A DNA stretch of 64,000 nucleotides, taken from assembly GCF_030684315.1 (NCBI RefSeq), contig NC_081362.1:96517187-96581186 (forward strand). The letters are read 5' to 3'. The position numbers and the translations under genes were made by a program. This stretch comes from Stegostoma tigrinum. Its lineage: Eukaryota. This document shows positions 63,756 through 64,000 of the stretch, in pieces. Under the pieces are notes generated by a model. It was given only the letters and a program-made list of their open reading frames with translations. It was not told the DNA's origin and made no database searches. Each line of letters begins with the position of its first letter. Positions within the stretch are counted from its first letter, which is position 1.

Positions 63756-64000
63756 GGTGACGAAATGTCTGAAAATGAACCTTCCAGCTCAGCGAGCAAA
63801 CTTACACCCAGAACCTCAACCTGAGCTACAAATCTTCTCAAAACCCGTTATTATGTGCTCTGATAATTATCCAATCTACTTTAAAGGCGTCACAAGGTGG
63901 AGGAGCAGTTCACATTTTCTCACATCTTGCAATCCCAAAGCTGATTTTAAACGAGTGTGTGGGCATAGACATTTAAGAACTGCAAGGACACTCGAGATAT

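Overview
Eukaryotic (vertebrate) genomic DNA. The repeat content (CR1, Penelope-like, Tx1/L1, Rex1, V-SINE-core tRNA SINEs) and the immune gene suggest a cartilaginous fish; this is inference. Most of the window is retroelement sequence. On the minus strand I can assemble a spliced immunoglobulin-superfamily receptor gene by hand. It has a signal-peptide exon (49717-49768), then after a ~32.7 kb intron three intact germline-joined VJ-type V exons (16614-16967, 6961-7305, 4867-5214) and a pseudogenised copy of the second V (2234-2578). A stalk/transmembrane exon follows (1117-1267), and the cytoplasmic exons probably continue off the left edge. All V exons are phase 1-1, have J-like G-x-G-T/S motifs fused in the same exon, and show no RSS. 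I found no C-domain exon. The gene is therefore a non-rearranging, antigen-receptor-like, C-less multi-V or alternatively spliced V receptor. Several V exons are preceded by what look like decayed private leaders/promoters. Other notable items are an orphan NKp30-like 'LLLRAG' TM-like segment on the plus strand, a duplicated AP-1/ETS-rich intronic element amplified into a 4-copy tandem, and tiny TSD-flanked Penelope-tail insertions with hammerhead-ribozyme cores or perfect palindromes. The window also holds a young 5'-truncated CR1 and a near full-length Tx1/L1 element. Repeat boundaries are approximate unless a TSD is given.
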